From Eledone cirrhosa (Eukaryota): 64,000 nt of DNA. This document shows positions 49,771 through 61,391 of this stretch, piece after piece. Position 1 is the first letter of the stretch, and each line of letters begins with the position of its first letter. The notes under the pieces were generated by a model. The model worked only from the letters and a program-made list of their open reading frames with translations. It was not told the DNA's origin and searched no databases. The translations under genes and the position numbers were made by a program. Location of the stretch: the NCBI GenBank assembly GCA_964016885.1, contig CAXHJY010000428.1, positions 1 to 64,000 on the forward strand, written 5' to 3'.

Positions 49771-50646
49771 TGTAGGATATCAGAGATGGAGTGTTTTAAC
49801 CTGATGAGTTTGGTGTCGAGTTTGTGGTTGGTGGGTTGGGGTGGAGGGGGTTGTCGAGGTGGTAAGTGGGGAACTTGGGGAGGATTGTGTGGGTGCTGTT
49901 ATTTTCTGTGGAGCTGTTGATGGCGGTCACCCATTTAAGTTGGTAGGCGGCTCGGTAGAAGTTGGCTTCGATGTCGAGTTTAAGTCTGTCGTCGAGCCAC
50001 TGGGAGACGATGAACTTGGGTCCGAGGCGTAGGAATTCCAGTTCGTCGTTCGTGAGGGTGCCGGTTAGGTCGGTGACCAGGTACGTTGCATCGTTGAGGT
50101 GTGGCTCGGTGTTGGTGGATGTGGCGGCGGCGGTTGTTATGTTGCTGTTTATCACGTGGTTCTCGTCTGTTTATTTGTTAGTGTCGGTGTTTTCGTTGTG
50201 GAGTTTAAGCAAGATCCACTCATATTTCCGCTTGAGCCGTTTTTTTTTTTTTCGTGTTCGACTCTGGAGTGGTAGCACTGGTCGATTGCTTTTGTGATTT
50301 TAAGGAGCAAGTCACCGCGTGTTAGTGTTAATCGATTTGCCCGCTCGGAGAGTGTCCGTTTATGGATGAGTAATTGGCGGTTGAGATGTCGCAGGATCTG
50401 CTTGATACAGGAGCGGTGTATGCGGCTAGCGGTGTTTTGAAAAGCTGGTGTACGTAGGCATCCTGGTAAGCGGATGTTCAGGATGGTGGTGGGGATGACA
50501 TCGTTTTTTAGGCAGCGTTTTATGAAAATAATTTGACAGCCAACATTGGCCCATTTCTCCGACAGTCTAAAGTGTTCCCTTACGGATGCAAGCAATTCCT
50601 GGCTCAAGTGTAAGGATAAGAAAGTATTGAAGTTTGCTTGAAGCAT
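48009..50646 (-). pseudogene. Penelope RT + GIY-YIG endonuclease ORF, broken by frameshifts, one TAA after DKG, and an expanded (TG)n at 49733-49770
   Basis: ORF pieces 50152-50736, 49796-50155, 49238-49432, 48484-49284 and 48009-48323, plus manual translation of 49280-49740 and 48300-48540. Confidence 0.9.
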
Positions 50647-50847
50647 TGTGAATATAGGTAGTATAATGGATTGACAGCTAGCACCATCCCACTCCCACAA
50701 TAAAGAGGAATTGCCTCGACATTTGCTTGACCGCACCTATTCCGCGCGCACGCGCGCTCTACAGAATATCTCAGTTACACACAAACGGCGGACAACAGAG
50801 GTCATGTACCGTTCCTCTCCGACAGATAACTTTCCCCCTCGGAAAGC

Positions 50848-50884
50848 CCCCCAGTTGATGGATGCGAAATCCGAAATATAGGGA
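50848..50884 (+). ncRNA. Hammerhead-like motif with the same variant core in the inverted pLTR
   Basis: Identical CAGTTGA T GGAT GCGAA ATCC GAAA TATA GGG. Confidence 0.5.
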
Positions 50885-51404
50885 CAATTAAATCTCTCCC
50901 AAGGTAACTCTATCTCGTGTTATTATTTCTATTTTTACGCTCTTTCCTACGTTCTTCTACACACTATATATCTCATTCTACATTTCCTCTTACACCTCTC
51001 TCTTCACCACCGGATTCTGTTACCCGGAGATTTACCCATCTGCATTGTTGAGGCTTACAAAACGACCCAATATTTTATTATTCCACAATGCTTCAAGCAA
51101 ACCTCAATACTCTCATATATACAACACCCAAACAAACAATACTGACATAAGAGAAATATAAATAAATAAATAAATATATACACAAGCACAATAACAACAA
51201 ACACATATAAACGCACTAGTAAACTAAGATAGAATACAATAACCAAAACGCACTCACCCAAACGCGAACACACATCAAACACTATACACACACGCAAATG
51301 CATACGCAGAGAAGAAGACAAAAATAAATAAATAAAAAAATAAATAAATAAACAGATTAAATAAAGATGGCGTAGACATGCAATATAACAGGAGGAAACA
51401 TAAT

Positions 51405-51450
51405 AGCACCACTGATGATGTTGCAGATGTGCAACGAAAGAACTTTGTTA
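51405..51450 (+). ncRNA. Hammerhead motif, probably decayed, in a solo pLTR-like segment (about 51120-51510)
   Basis: CTGATGA T GTTGCA GATG TGCAAC GAAA GAACT. Stem I is weak. Upstream ATGGCGTAGAC resembles ATGGCGTAGGAC before the 46646 motif. Confidence 0.55.
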
Positions 51451-51699
51451 GACTATATATATATGTTTTTGTGTCTATATTATATCTGTATTTTTGACCG
51501 TTAGTTAGTCAATGGTAAACATTGAGGACCGAATAAATTAACTGATATAAAAGATACAGAAGCGAAAACCAACCAAACAGTGAGTGTGTTCTGTTATTAA
51601 TTCTGGTAATATTATTACAACAATATGACCCTTCCCTATATATATACTTCGCGTTTGTATTTGTTTTGCAAGATTTCTTATCAGAAAAGAAAATTCTCC

Positions 51700-52130
51700 A
51701 AACGGGAGGAGTCATCCGAAAGTTACTCGTGGAGAAAAGCACCCGCTCAGGGTAGGCATATTTATTCGGGAATTTTCACCTCTTTCACCCACCTTTCAAC
51801 GGAGCTGGAAGGCGGCACTTCCTTCTCCACCCTCATCTTCCTCTTCAAGTGAAACCTGAAGAAGTTAATCAGGATGTCGCCAAAGACGAAAGTGCTCACC
51901 TTCAGCACTTTCTGACGCGTCTACCATAGACCTCTTTCGCCATGCCACCAGACAGACAAAAACAGCCTCCCTTCCTGGCTAAAGAAAGGCAACGGGGCGA
52001 TTTTGACGATGGACTCAGTTGATACTCGGATCCGTCCTACGCGTGACAGCAGGTGTTCGACATAAACCCATAAGTCAACGATACTCGGATATTAGATGAG
52101 TGCGTGTACGACGGTTTCCTCACCCAATTC
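51700..52130 (-). mobile_element. L1/Tx1-like LINE 3' relic
   Basis: Manual minus-strand translation: EETVVHALI*YPSIVDLWVYVEHLLSRVGRIRVSTESIVKI..LINFFRFHLKRKMRVE (end of a CCHC knuckle plus C-terminal tail). Confidence 0.55.
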
Positions 52131-52169
52131 ACCAAACACAAGCGTCTCTCCGTTCAGCAAATGGGTCAG

Positions 52170-53535
52170 TACTGCTCAGAGACAAAAAGGCCTTCCTGAA
52201 CCGCTGGACAGAACACTATGGCAATCTGTTTTGAGACGCTTCGATCAACAACATTTCACAGTAACAAGTAAAAAGTGAGCTGGATGCACCACCCTCCCTA
52301 GAGGATGTAAAGACTACAGTTACCTACCTGGAAACACACAGGGCCCCTGGTGTTGACGATATTACCGTTGAGGTGTACAAGTATGGTGGTGGCTCACTCC
52401 TTGAGAAGCTCACGGACCTGTTTGTACAGTACTGGTCGAAGGGAGAAATACCAAGAGACCTCCGAAATGCCGTGATAGTGTCCCAACCCTATTTGAAAGA
52501 TCTGTGGCAGGGCATTTACATCCGGTTCCGTACTGATGGGAGTATGTGCAACTTGCGACGGCTGTTCGCCCGCATCAAAACACTGGAAGAATTGATCCTG
52601 GACCTGTTGTTCACAGACGACTGTGCCCTTCTGGCGCACACAGAGGGAAATCTCAATGTAGCCGTCAGCTACTTTGCTCGGGCAGCCAAATCATTTAGCC
52701 TGACCATCAGCCTCAAGAAAGCCAGCAAAAGAAGAGTTCTACGCTCCGTCGATGTTAATCTTCGGAGCGTAGTACTCTTCTTTTGTACTTTTATTTTGTG
52801 GAGCACTTCACATACTTGGGAAGCGTCATTACCAACGATGCTACCTCAGAAAAGGACAACCGCATTGCCAAGGCCAGCATCTCATTCGGACGCTTGCAGA
52901 AACGCGTGTGGCAGAACCAATATTTACGCTTCACTACAAAGATCAGAGTCTACAGTGCTGTTGTAATCATTACCATCCTCTACTGATCAGAAAACTGGGT
53001 CCTGTACCGGAAGTAGATCAAGCTACTGGAAAGATTCGCTCCAGCATGGGCATCCGTTGGCAGGACTATGCAACAAACGAGGAAGTTCTCAAGAGGGCCG
53101 ATATCACAGGCATTGAGAGCATGCTGATGTTGAGATAGCTCCGCTGGGCAGGTCACGTCTCGCCCATGAACGATTCTATGACGCCAAAGGCAGTTTTCTA
53201 CGGTAAACTACGTCAAGGCAAGTGAAACCAAGGGGCTCCCTGAAAACGCTTAAGGGACCAAACTCAAGCGCCAGCTGGTTTAAGACAATATTGATCACAG
53301 GGAATAGAAACACCTGGCAGAAAACGACCATCAAAACAGCTGAATAGGAGAACAGGAAGGCGGCAGCTGAAGACAAACGCCAAAGAAGAAAATTGTCCGC
53401 CACCCAACCAATAATTGACCAAGTACACACATGCCCCAACTGTACTAGACTCTGTGGGTACAGGATTGGCCTCTACAGCCACCCCAGGGCGTGCCGTCGC
53501 ACACAACAGGACAACAATTCTTCCCACTGATCTTG
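52170..53535 (+). mobile_element. Second, heavily deleted RTE-BovB-like LINE
   Basis: GIYIRFRTDG..LLFTDDCALLAHTE..LTISLKK; VEHFTYLGS; a terminal finger CPNCTRLCGYRIGLYSH; followed by TGTATG repeats. Confidence 0.88.
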
Positions 53536-53561
53536 TATGTATGCATGTATGTATGTAAATT

Positions 53562-54049
53562 TGTCAGGTCGCTCTCGAGTGCTACTGGTAACATGTAACC
53601 CAGTATAACCTGTCTCATGGTCGGGTCATCGGTGACTAAACCGGCAACCCCACCAAGCTAGCTTGGTGAGGAGGGTGATATTTGGACACCTGTGGAATGA
53701 AATACAAAACCCGACAAAGGGCGGAGGAACTCAGCAGAGTCAACGGCCATCCAAATAGTACTTTTTTTTTTTTTTTGACCTGGAGAAGGAAACTCTGAAA
53801 AAAACTTGCGGCTTCGGAAGCATCCGATGATGTTGACTAGTTCTCCTTTTCGGGTAGTGTTTTCGATGCTCAGAGAGTGGGATTGGCCGAGTGCAAGGCC
53901 TTTCCCCACTTAAAAAACTTTCAAAGCACAAGCATTGCTTGTTCAGGAATTATTACAGGTTAGTGTGGCTGGCAGTAGCCTAAAAGTGCACCAAGCTCTA
54001 TAATCTGACAAGCGATTACAATACTCTTAGTAGAGTTTGCAGCCATCAT
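53562..54049 (+). mobile_element. Diverged non-autonomous RTE derivative (same head family as 4544 and 5187, different tail)
   Basis: The head is colinear with 5187-5580 and has an internal deletion. It ends GAGTTTGCAGCCATCA + TGTA repeats. Confidence 0.78.
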
Positions 54050-54461
54050 GTATATATGTATATAAGTTTATATGTACGTACGTATGTATGTGTGTATTTA
54101 TGTATGCATATAAGTTTATATGTACGTACCTATGTATGTATGTATGTATGTATGTATGTATGTATATAATCAGCACTATAATTGTAAATGGCTACGTTAT
54201 GATATGTTATGGTATTCTATATGACGTGATATATTATGGCATATCAAATATTTATAAGATATGACATTGTGATATACATCATTTCCTATTTAACTTAAAT
54301 ATCCTATTAACCCTTTAACTCACTGCATGTTTTCTTTCGGTGGTGGTGGGGGTTGTTTGTTTTGTTTTGTTTTTTCTCTCCCCTTTATTCTTCAAATCCT
54401 TCCACAGTTACTTTAGTAGGTATCAATGTCATAATCCCCATTACCACCACCACCACTACTG

Positions 54462-54499
<38 letters not shown>

Positions 54500-54613
54500 G
54501 TTGCTGCTGCCAAAGTCACAAAGATATGATAGCCCCTATATATTATGAAAATTATTTTGATGTTGCCCTCGCAACAATAATATTCATTTATTTATTTTTG
54601 GCATAGAACGTGT

Positions 54614-55275
54614 GTGGCGGACTTCCGTCGGTTCCGGCGAGGAGTGTTCCAGTTCAATCAATAGGATAGCTTATTCGTGAAATTAACTTGCAAGTGGCAT
54701 AGCATAGACACGTGTACCATTAACTTAGTTCTCAGGTTGATTCGATGAGGCACGGTGTGTGACGAGTTTGGCCCTTTTGAATTACGAGTACAACTATGAT
54801 TTGTGTAGCTCGAAGATCAGCGAGTCGTTCTATGTAGAGCCGCTACTTCTCTGACTTGAGAGATCATAGCTCCGACATTACGGACATGGGGAAAGAATCG
54901 TTGTACAGATTTTACGGGCAAAACCAACCGGCAAGGGACCCAGAGGTAGACCCCGAGCAAGATTGTTGGATAATATCCATGGGCTCGGCTGGTCACGATT
55001 TGGGATCTAGCCGAATCAATTGGAGACGGTTGCTTCTGACAGGACCCGCTTGAGGGAATGTTTGAGGATTCGACCCTCTCAGGGATATGTGGGCGAAGAA
55101 GAAGAAGAAGAAGAAGAAGAAGAAGAAGAAGAAGAAGAAGAAGAAGAAGAAGAAGAAGAAGAAGAAGAAGAAGAAGAAGAAGAAGAAGAAAAGCGGACTA
55201 CAACTATATGGAATAAAGTGTCTTGCTCGGGGACAACATACCAAACGGGAATCGAACTCCCTAACCACATTCCTT
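54614..55275 (-). mobile_element. tRNA-type SINE split by an RTE insertion
   Basis: The head at 55192-55275 has minus-strand GAGTTCGATTCC (B box). The body at 54614-54810 is recognised from memory of a cephalopod SINE. Confidence 0.55.
54812..55191 (+). mobile_element. 5'-truncated Expander/Rex3-like RTE fragment with (GAA)n tail
   Basis: Translates to AKPTGKGPRGRPRARLLDNIHGLGWSRFGI*PNQLETVASDR, followed by (GAA)n at 55095-55190. Confidence 0.7.
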
Positions 55276-55339
55276 TTACGTGTAAACTGTAAAAGGACTT
55301 AAATGAAATAATCACTACAAAAGATATAGAGGCGAAGTC

Positions 55340-55524
55340 TCAGCGGTGGTGAGGAGAGGGAAAGAAAGAAAGAGAGAAAAGGGGCGAAGAGAGACAGTAA
55401 GTGAGTGAGTGAAAGAGGGAGAGAGAGGAAGCGGGAGGGAGAGTAAGAGAGAGAAAGTGTCAGTGAGTGATAGAGAGGGGAGAGAGTGAGGGAGACAGTG
55501 AGTGAGGGGAATGAGAGAGCGATG

Positions 55525-55587
<63 letters not shown>

Positions 55588-55620
55588 AGAGGGTGAATTA
55601 GTGAGAGAGACAGTTAATGC

Positions 55621-55678
<58 letters not shown>

Positions 55679-55680
55679 CT
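55340..55680. repeat. GA-rich low complexity with (GA)n tracts
   Basis: Direct reading. Confidence 0.9.
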
Positions 55681-55891
55681 GATAGATAGGGGGAAGAGGA
55701 AAAAAGAATATATCTTCTTACGCCTGTTTGCCAATACATGTTGCTCAAGAGAAGAACAAGAACGTGTGTGGTCCATGGCTTTTGCACGGAATATGTAAAT
55801 GTGACAATCTCAGCTGAAACATGTACGGACAGAAATCGATTAAAAATAGTCGCTAACTCAACCCAGCGTAATACTTATCTTCTGATCAGAT

Positions 55892-56314
<423 letters not shown>

Positions 56315-56570
56315 TCTTTATTTGTCAGAGGGGCGTACAAAAATGGGACATTACAAGACGTGATAGATAGGTTAGTAAGAAACATAGATAAATAGATTTA
56401 TATATATACATACAAAGTGTTAAAAAATCAAATCTTAGTTTAATACATTTATTTGCTGACAGTTGTTTCTTCCAGAGAGATGTCTAGAATCTTCGGAGCA
56501 TAAGGAATGTCTAAACACACACACACACAAACACATACACACACACATATATATATATTTTATATTTATA

Positions 56571-56771
56571 TGAGTTTTTCGAATATTAATAATAATATTC
56601 GATTCGTTTGCAATTATGCAAACAGCCTCTTTAAAGCCATGTCAGTAGAATGACCTCGTCATGCCAACACAAGAGCAAGAATACGGAATCATTCTACTGA
56701 CATGGCTTTAAAGAGGCTGTTTGCATAATTGCAAACGAATCGAATATTATTATTAATATCCGAAAAACTCA
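56571..56771. repeat. Inverted repeat, 83-bp arms with one mismatch, 35-bp spacer
   Basis: 56571-56653 versus 56689-56771. Confidence 0.92.
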
Positions 56772-56816
56772 GATTACATTTATTGTATTCAGCCATGTAG
56801 AGCGATAAACTATTTG

Positions 56817-56856
<40 letters not shown>

Positions 56857-56899
56857 ACTCAAAGGGGACTAACCTGCATTTAAATTGTAAGTTGAACTC

Positions 56900-57540
56900 T
56901 TTTTTGTTTATATAAACATACAGAGAAAGAGAGCAATAGTGGAAAGGACTATAAATGCCATAATTGAGAGGAAAAGGAGGGAAGAGAAAGGACTACTGGA
57001 CAAAGGAATGGGTGGGGAGAGGATGACAGACTCTACACCTAGGTCAAAGTGGTGTTTCGGCTGCACTCCGCGGACAAAATGGCGAAGGCATTTCCGCGGA
57101 CAATGGCTAGCAACACATGCTGCAACAGCTACCCCCACGACGTGGGACACATTCCTCAGACGGGCTGGTATTGATCCGATTTTACGGAAGAGGTCAACTG
57201 TCCTAAGGTCTCAACGGTGACCGATGCAAAGAGGAAACTACCGGATAAACTCCGGTATTTGCTTCTCTTCCTGTCCTCTGTACTGCGAGCCACAGTATCG
57301 GGGTTTGTGGCCGTGGCGACTAAGTTGGAGGCAGAGAACGTGTCACAGAATGTCGCATCTCATATGAGGGATTTACCTCGTCCGAAAGGGAAGAGGGTAA
57401 TTCCGCCGGGGCGCTTGCTGTCGCCACGATCGAGACCTACTGGCTCCAGCTACGACTGGAAGCCGGCTGCTCCGAGGGTCCTTCTCATTGTGTCATTAAG
57501 AGTGGCATGTTAGGGGACCGGCCTGCGTTCTGGCTGCATG
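56900..57540 (-). mobile_element. 5'-truncated CRE-clade non-LTR element (restriction-like endonuclease end + 3' UTR)
   Basis: Manual translation: [74 protein letters not shown]. Confidence 0.8.
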
Positions 57541-58317
57541 ATAATATGAGTGCACTATAAGAGAGAATAATTGAAAGTAGATAAATCTACTCGTGTTTTT
57601 AACAAGGTACGTTAAAGCTCGATGTGTTATTCAAGTCAAATCCTGAAAGTCACACAATCCAGGGTGTAATCCGTGGAGCATGATGCTGGTAGTTGAAGAT
57701 CGTGAAAATGACAGCATAAATATTCATTTCAGAGAAAGGGTTTGCTTAGTTAAGAAACATTTATTTCGACAAACGTTTCGATTAAGAGAAATATAATACC
57801 AATCGATTCAATTAATTAGTCACTTGATTAATTATATAGATGATACAAAGATCGGGAGAGGGAGGGAGAGAGGGAGGGAGAGAGGGGGAGGGGGAGAGGA
57901 GGAAGAGGAGCGAGTGTCATTATTCTTCGCTCTATATTGCATGCTGTCCAAGAGAAAGAGAAGGCCTTGTGTGATCAATGATTTTTACATAAACTATGTA
58001 GACATATGATAAAGGAAAATGAAAGGAATTGAAATTTACAGCTCAGACCAATACAGCTTTAATTGGCTTCCTTCGAGATCTGCAGCTCATAAGAGGAATC
58101 TTGTGTTTTAATGATAAAGTCCCAGTCCTAGTATGAACAATAATATGAAATGAAGCGTCTTACTCAAGGATATAATGTGCTGCCAGGTCCACGCACTTTC
58201 ACACAGCGTAAAGATACAGCACAGAAAAATAATTGTCGGGTTGTTAGAATTACCAGTCAAATTATCTTCGCATCACGTGTCACATCTTACTACTTTGAAG
58301 AATTGGAAAAACACATA

Positions 58318-58482
58318 ATTGTTTCTGCTTTTGGCACAAGGCCAGCAATTATCCCAGTGCATTACTGGTACTTTATTTGATCGACCCCGTAAGGATGAAA
58401 GACAAAGTTAACCTCGGCGGGATTTGAACTCAGACCGTAAAGGGCCGTAAATCTATGCTACAAAGCATGGCGTCCAACCCTA
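58318..58482 (-). mobile_element. tRNA-type SINE, same family as 6130-6308
   Basis: Shared CCCAGTGCATTACTGG..GACCCCGTAAGGATGAAAG..AAAGTTAACCTCGGCGGGATTTGAACTCAGA. Confidence 0.78.
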
Positions 58483-58527
58483 ATGTAGTGCAAGATGAAT
58501 TAATTATGTCTAAAACAAAAACAGAAA

Positions 58528-58593
<66 letters not shown>

Positions 58594-58642
58594 GTTCTTT
58601 GATCAAAGTTGTGCTGTTCCATCGGGGTTAACATGGTATAAA

Positions 58643-59480
58643 CTGCAACAGCAACAACAACAATGGCGACGACGATGATGTCAGCACCAACATCATCAAC
58701 ACCGCCGCCGCAACCACGTCAACCACCAAAAATAACGCTCCAACACCACACCCACCATTAACAACAATGACAACATGACAACATCGAAAATCCACCACCA
58801 CTCCCAACAACAACTACGAGACCTCCACTAAAAACAAAACCGCCACCACGACCTCAACCACCACTAAAAATAACAACACTCCACCACAGCAGCCACAAAC
58901 AACAACACCACCACCACCAACAACAACAACAATAACGACGACGATATCAGCACCCCCAACCACTACCACTACCACCACAAACACTACCAACACCATCAAC
59001 TGAGTTACCACCACCACAACCACCACCACCAACACCAACACCACTACCAACACCATCAACAGAACAGCTACCACCATCAACATCAACACCAACACCAACA
59101 ACAACCACCACCTACAACAACAACCACCACAACCAACACCACTACCAACACCATCAACAGAACCACCACCACCACCACCACCAACAGAATCACCATCACC
59201 AACAACAACCACCACCAACACCACTACCACCACCGCCAACACCATCAACAGAACTATCATCACCACTACCATCAACAGAACCACCACTACCAACTACCAC
59301 CAACCACGAACACCATCAACCAACACCAACAACAAGAACAACCATCACCACCAACACCACTACCAACACCATCAACAGAACCACCCACGCCATCAACAGA
59401 ACCACCAACACCCCCACCAACCACCACCACCAGCACCACTACCAACACTACCAACCACAACAACCACAACAACAACGACC
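58643..59480. repeat. Degenerate (ACC/AAC)n trinucleotide tract with recurring AACACCATCAACAGAA sub-repeat
   Basis: Direct reading. Confidence 0.88.
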
Positions 59481-59961
59481 AGATCGCGATCACTTAGTTC
59501 ACCGTAAGCTTATCTTCCTCAACTCTACGGTGATCATAAACATGTTTTACTTCTTTCATTTTCGTTTTTATTATTATCATGATTTATTTCTTTTTTGTTT
59601 ACTATCACATTTTTTTTTTTTTTACTTTTCCGACTTCGTTTCATGCGCCATTTTATATCCTGTTGTGCATTGATGAAGCGAAGGAATTGCTACAGCTTGC
59701 CTGTTTCGTTTTTATTTCATCTCCTGACATTGTATTCAACAGATGTAACACATCGCACTGAACTAATTTCCTCAGGATTAATTAGTTATTAAGAAACAAA
59801 AAAGCAAAAACGCAACCAACCAACCTAACAAAAAAAAAAAAATCCACAATACAGAAACTATATACATATATATCATGTGTATGTATGCATGTATTTATAC
59901 ACACATACACACAGATGCACACACGTATATACATAAATATATGAAATATATATATATATAG

Positions 59962-60161
59962 AAATGACTACAGTATAAAAGGCACTCATTGTTATTTTAC
60001 ATAGTAATGACTTCTACAGGACTAGAACTGTTTCATTTGTATGAAATCATCGGACTATTCCAAATGAAACAGTTCTAGTCCTGTAGAAGTCATTACTATG
60101 TAAAATAACGATGAGTGCCTTTTTAACAACGTACTGAGTGCCTTTTATACTGTAGTCATTT
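59962..60161. repeat. Inverted repeat (about 78-bp arm) with a small duplication in the right arm
   Basis: 59962-60039 versus 60061-60161; TGAGTGCCTTTT is present twice on the right. Confidence 0.9.
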
Positions 60162-60409
60162 ATTTATCCCCATATTGATCATATAATAACTTATTGGCTA
60201 TGTAAGAATAATACTTATTCTATGTCTGTTTTTTTTAGCCTAATCGTATTGTTATTTGATGTGGTTTCCTATTATATTGGCAGTGAGCAAACGCTCTGAG
60301 GTCTTGGGTGATTAGCTTCAATTCTCTCATTGAGCGATCATAGAGCCGCAAGATCGTTATATTATATATCGATCTCGTTTTTGATATATATACAAGTGGT
60401 AAGAAGTGA

Positions 60410-61158
60410 TAAGAAACGCCCAGGAGAGCTGGACATCAGAAGGTCTTTAGAGAAGAAACTGAAGCCTTTTTGTTTTGGGGTTGTCTTACTCCATGAGCAC
60501 CTTTGTAGATTAAGTAAACAATGTCTCCAAATGTGGCTAATTTGTGTTCCAGAATGCTCTTTCTTATCAGCACATTCAATTTCTGGACTATTTTTCCGTC
60601 TTTGGCACTTGCAGCCGGCAAGTTAAGCTTATAGAGTCCGGTGTCAAGAGCCTGCACAGATTCCTCGTCTGAATCAGCGTGGATGTCCTTGGCACTGTGG
60701 TTTGACACCTAGCCTTGGTCTTCCGATGTCTTATATGCTGGAGCAATGCGCTGCTGTTCATTTGGCAGTCTTCGAACAGCTTTTTTCATACGGTGGATCT
60801 TCAAGCCACGTACAGTGGAGAATATCCTTCCACAGTTACATAGGAATTGCATTTGTCCTGTTCTCGTAGTCTGTTGTGAATTTCCAGTCCTTAACATGGT
60901 GCCAATGGATTCATCATTTTCTCCCTCTTCGGTGACCTGGAAGCATCTTTCATTATGAGAACTTGTAGCAATATAACAAAGGCAAAGAGGGGAGTTAACT
61001 TCCAGAGCCTGTGGATTTAGTTTTTCCTAGTGTCACCCGGTCATCCTTGGACGTCCTCCAGCTTGTTCTCGAAAGTCAATCGTGTAGCCATGTGTCAGTG
61101 GTAAGAAACTCTCAGGAGAACTGGACAGCAGAAGGTCTTCAGAGAAGAAATCACCACA
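60410..61158 (-). mobile_element. 5' portion (UTR + N-terminal zinc finger) of a HERO-like RLE non-LTR element
   Basis: CNCGRIFSTVRGLKIH..NHSAKDIH..KLNLPAAS..KLATFGDIVY..HG, the order I recall for HERO N-termini. No RT follows. Confidence 0.6.
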
Positions 61159-61188
61159 TATATTTATATATTTGGTTATTTATTTATT

Positions 61189-61248
<60 letters not shown>

Positions 61249-61332
61249 GTAATAATAATAAATTTGAAGATTAAAATCCAAAGAGGGCTCGATAAGGATA
61301 ATCGAATATATAAGAACCCTAGAGCAAATATT

Positions 61333-61391
61333 TATTAAAATAACAGATTAAAGTTTAAGCACCGATTCTTTGCTTAAACTTTAATCTGTTA

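Larger units (their letters stand above)
47478..51112 (-). mobile_element. Penelope-like element, probably Naiad-type, near complete but disrupted, with an inverted 5' pLTR
   Basis: Minus-strand frames give FIKRCLKNDVIP; LRLGPKF; YLPSDKG; FYHLVKTHK; FSLDVVALYTSVP; QTSGLPMGSSLS; RYVDD; LLDF; YRK; a Cys linker CSLRNCP..CC; and VVYRVECDKC..YIGSTIRLLHIRIKEH..KEA..I....PQIN. Inverted repeats lie at about 47488-47877 and 50649-51056. Confidence 0.92.

Noticed and set aside
47488-51056. DNA transposon with long TIRs
   Set aside because: The interior encodes RT and GIY-YIG, not a transposase. The repeats are better explained as pLTRs.
58643-59480. Mucin-like Thr/Pro-rich or Val-rich coding sequence
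   Set aside because: It is a degenerate trinucleotide repeat with frame slips, and has no splice or start context.
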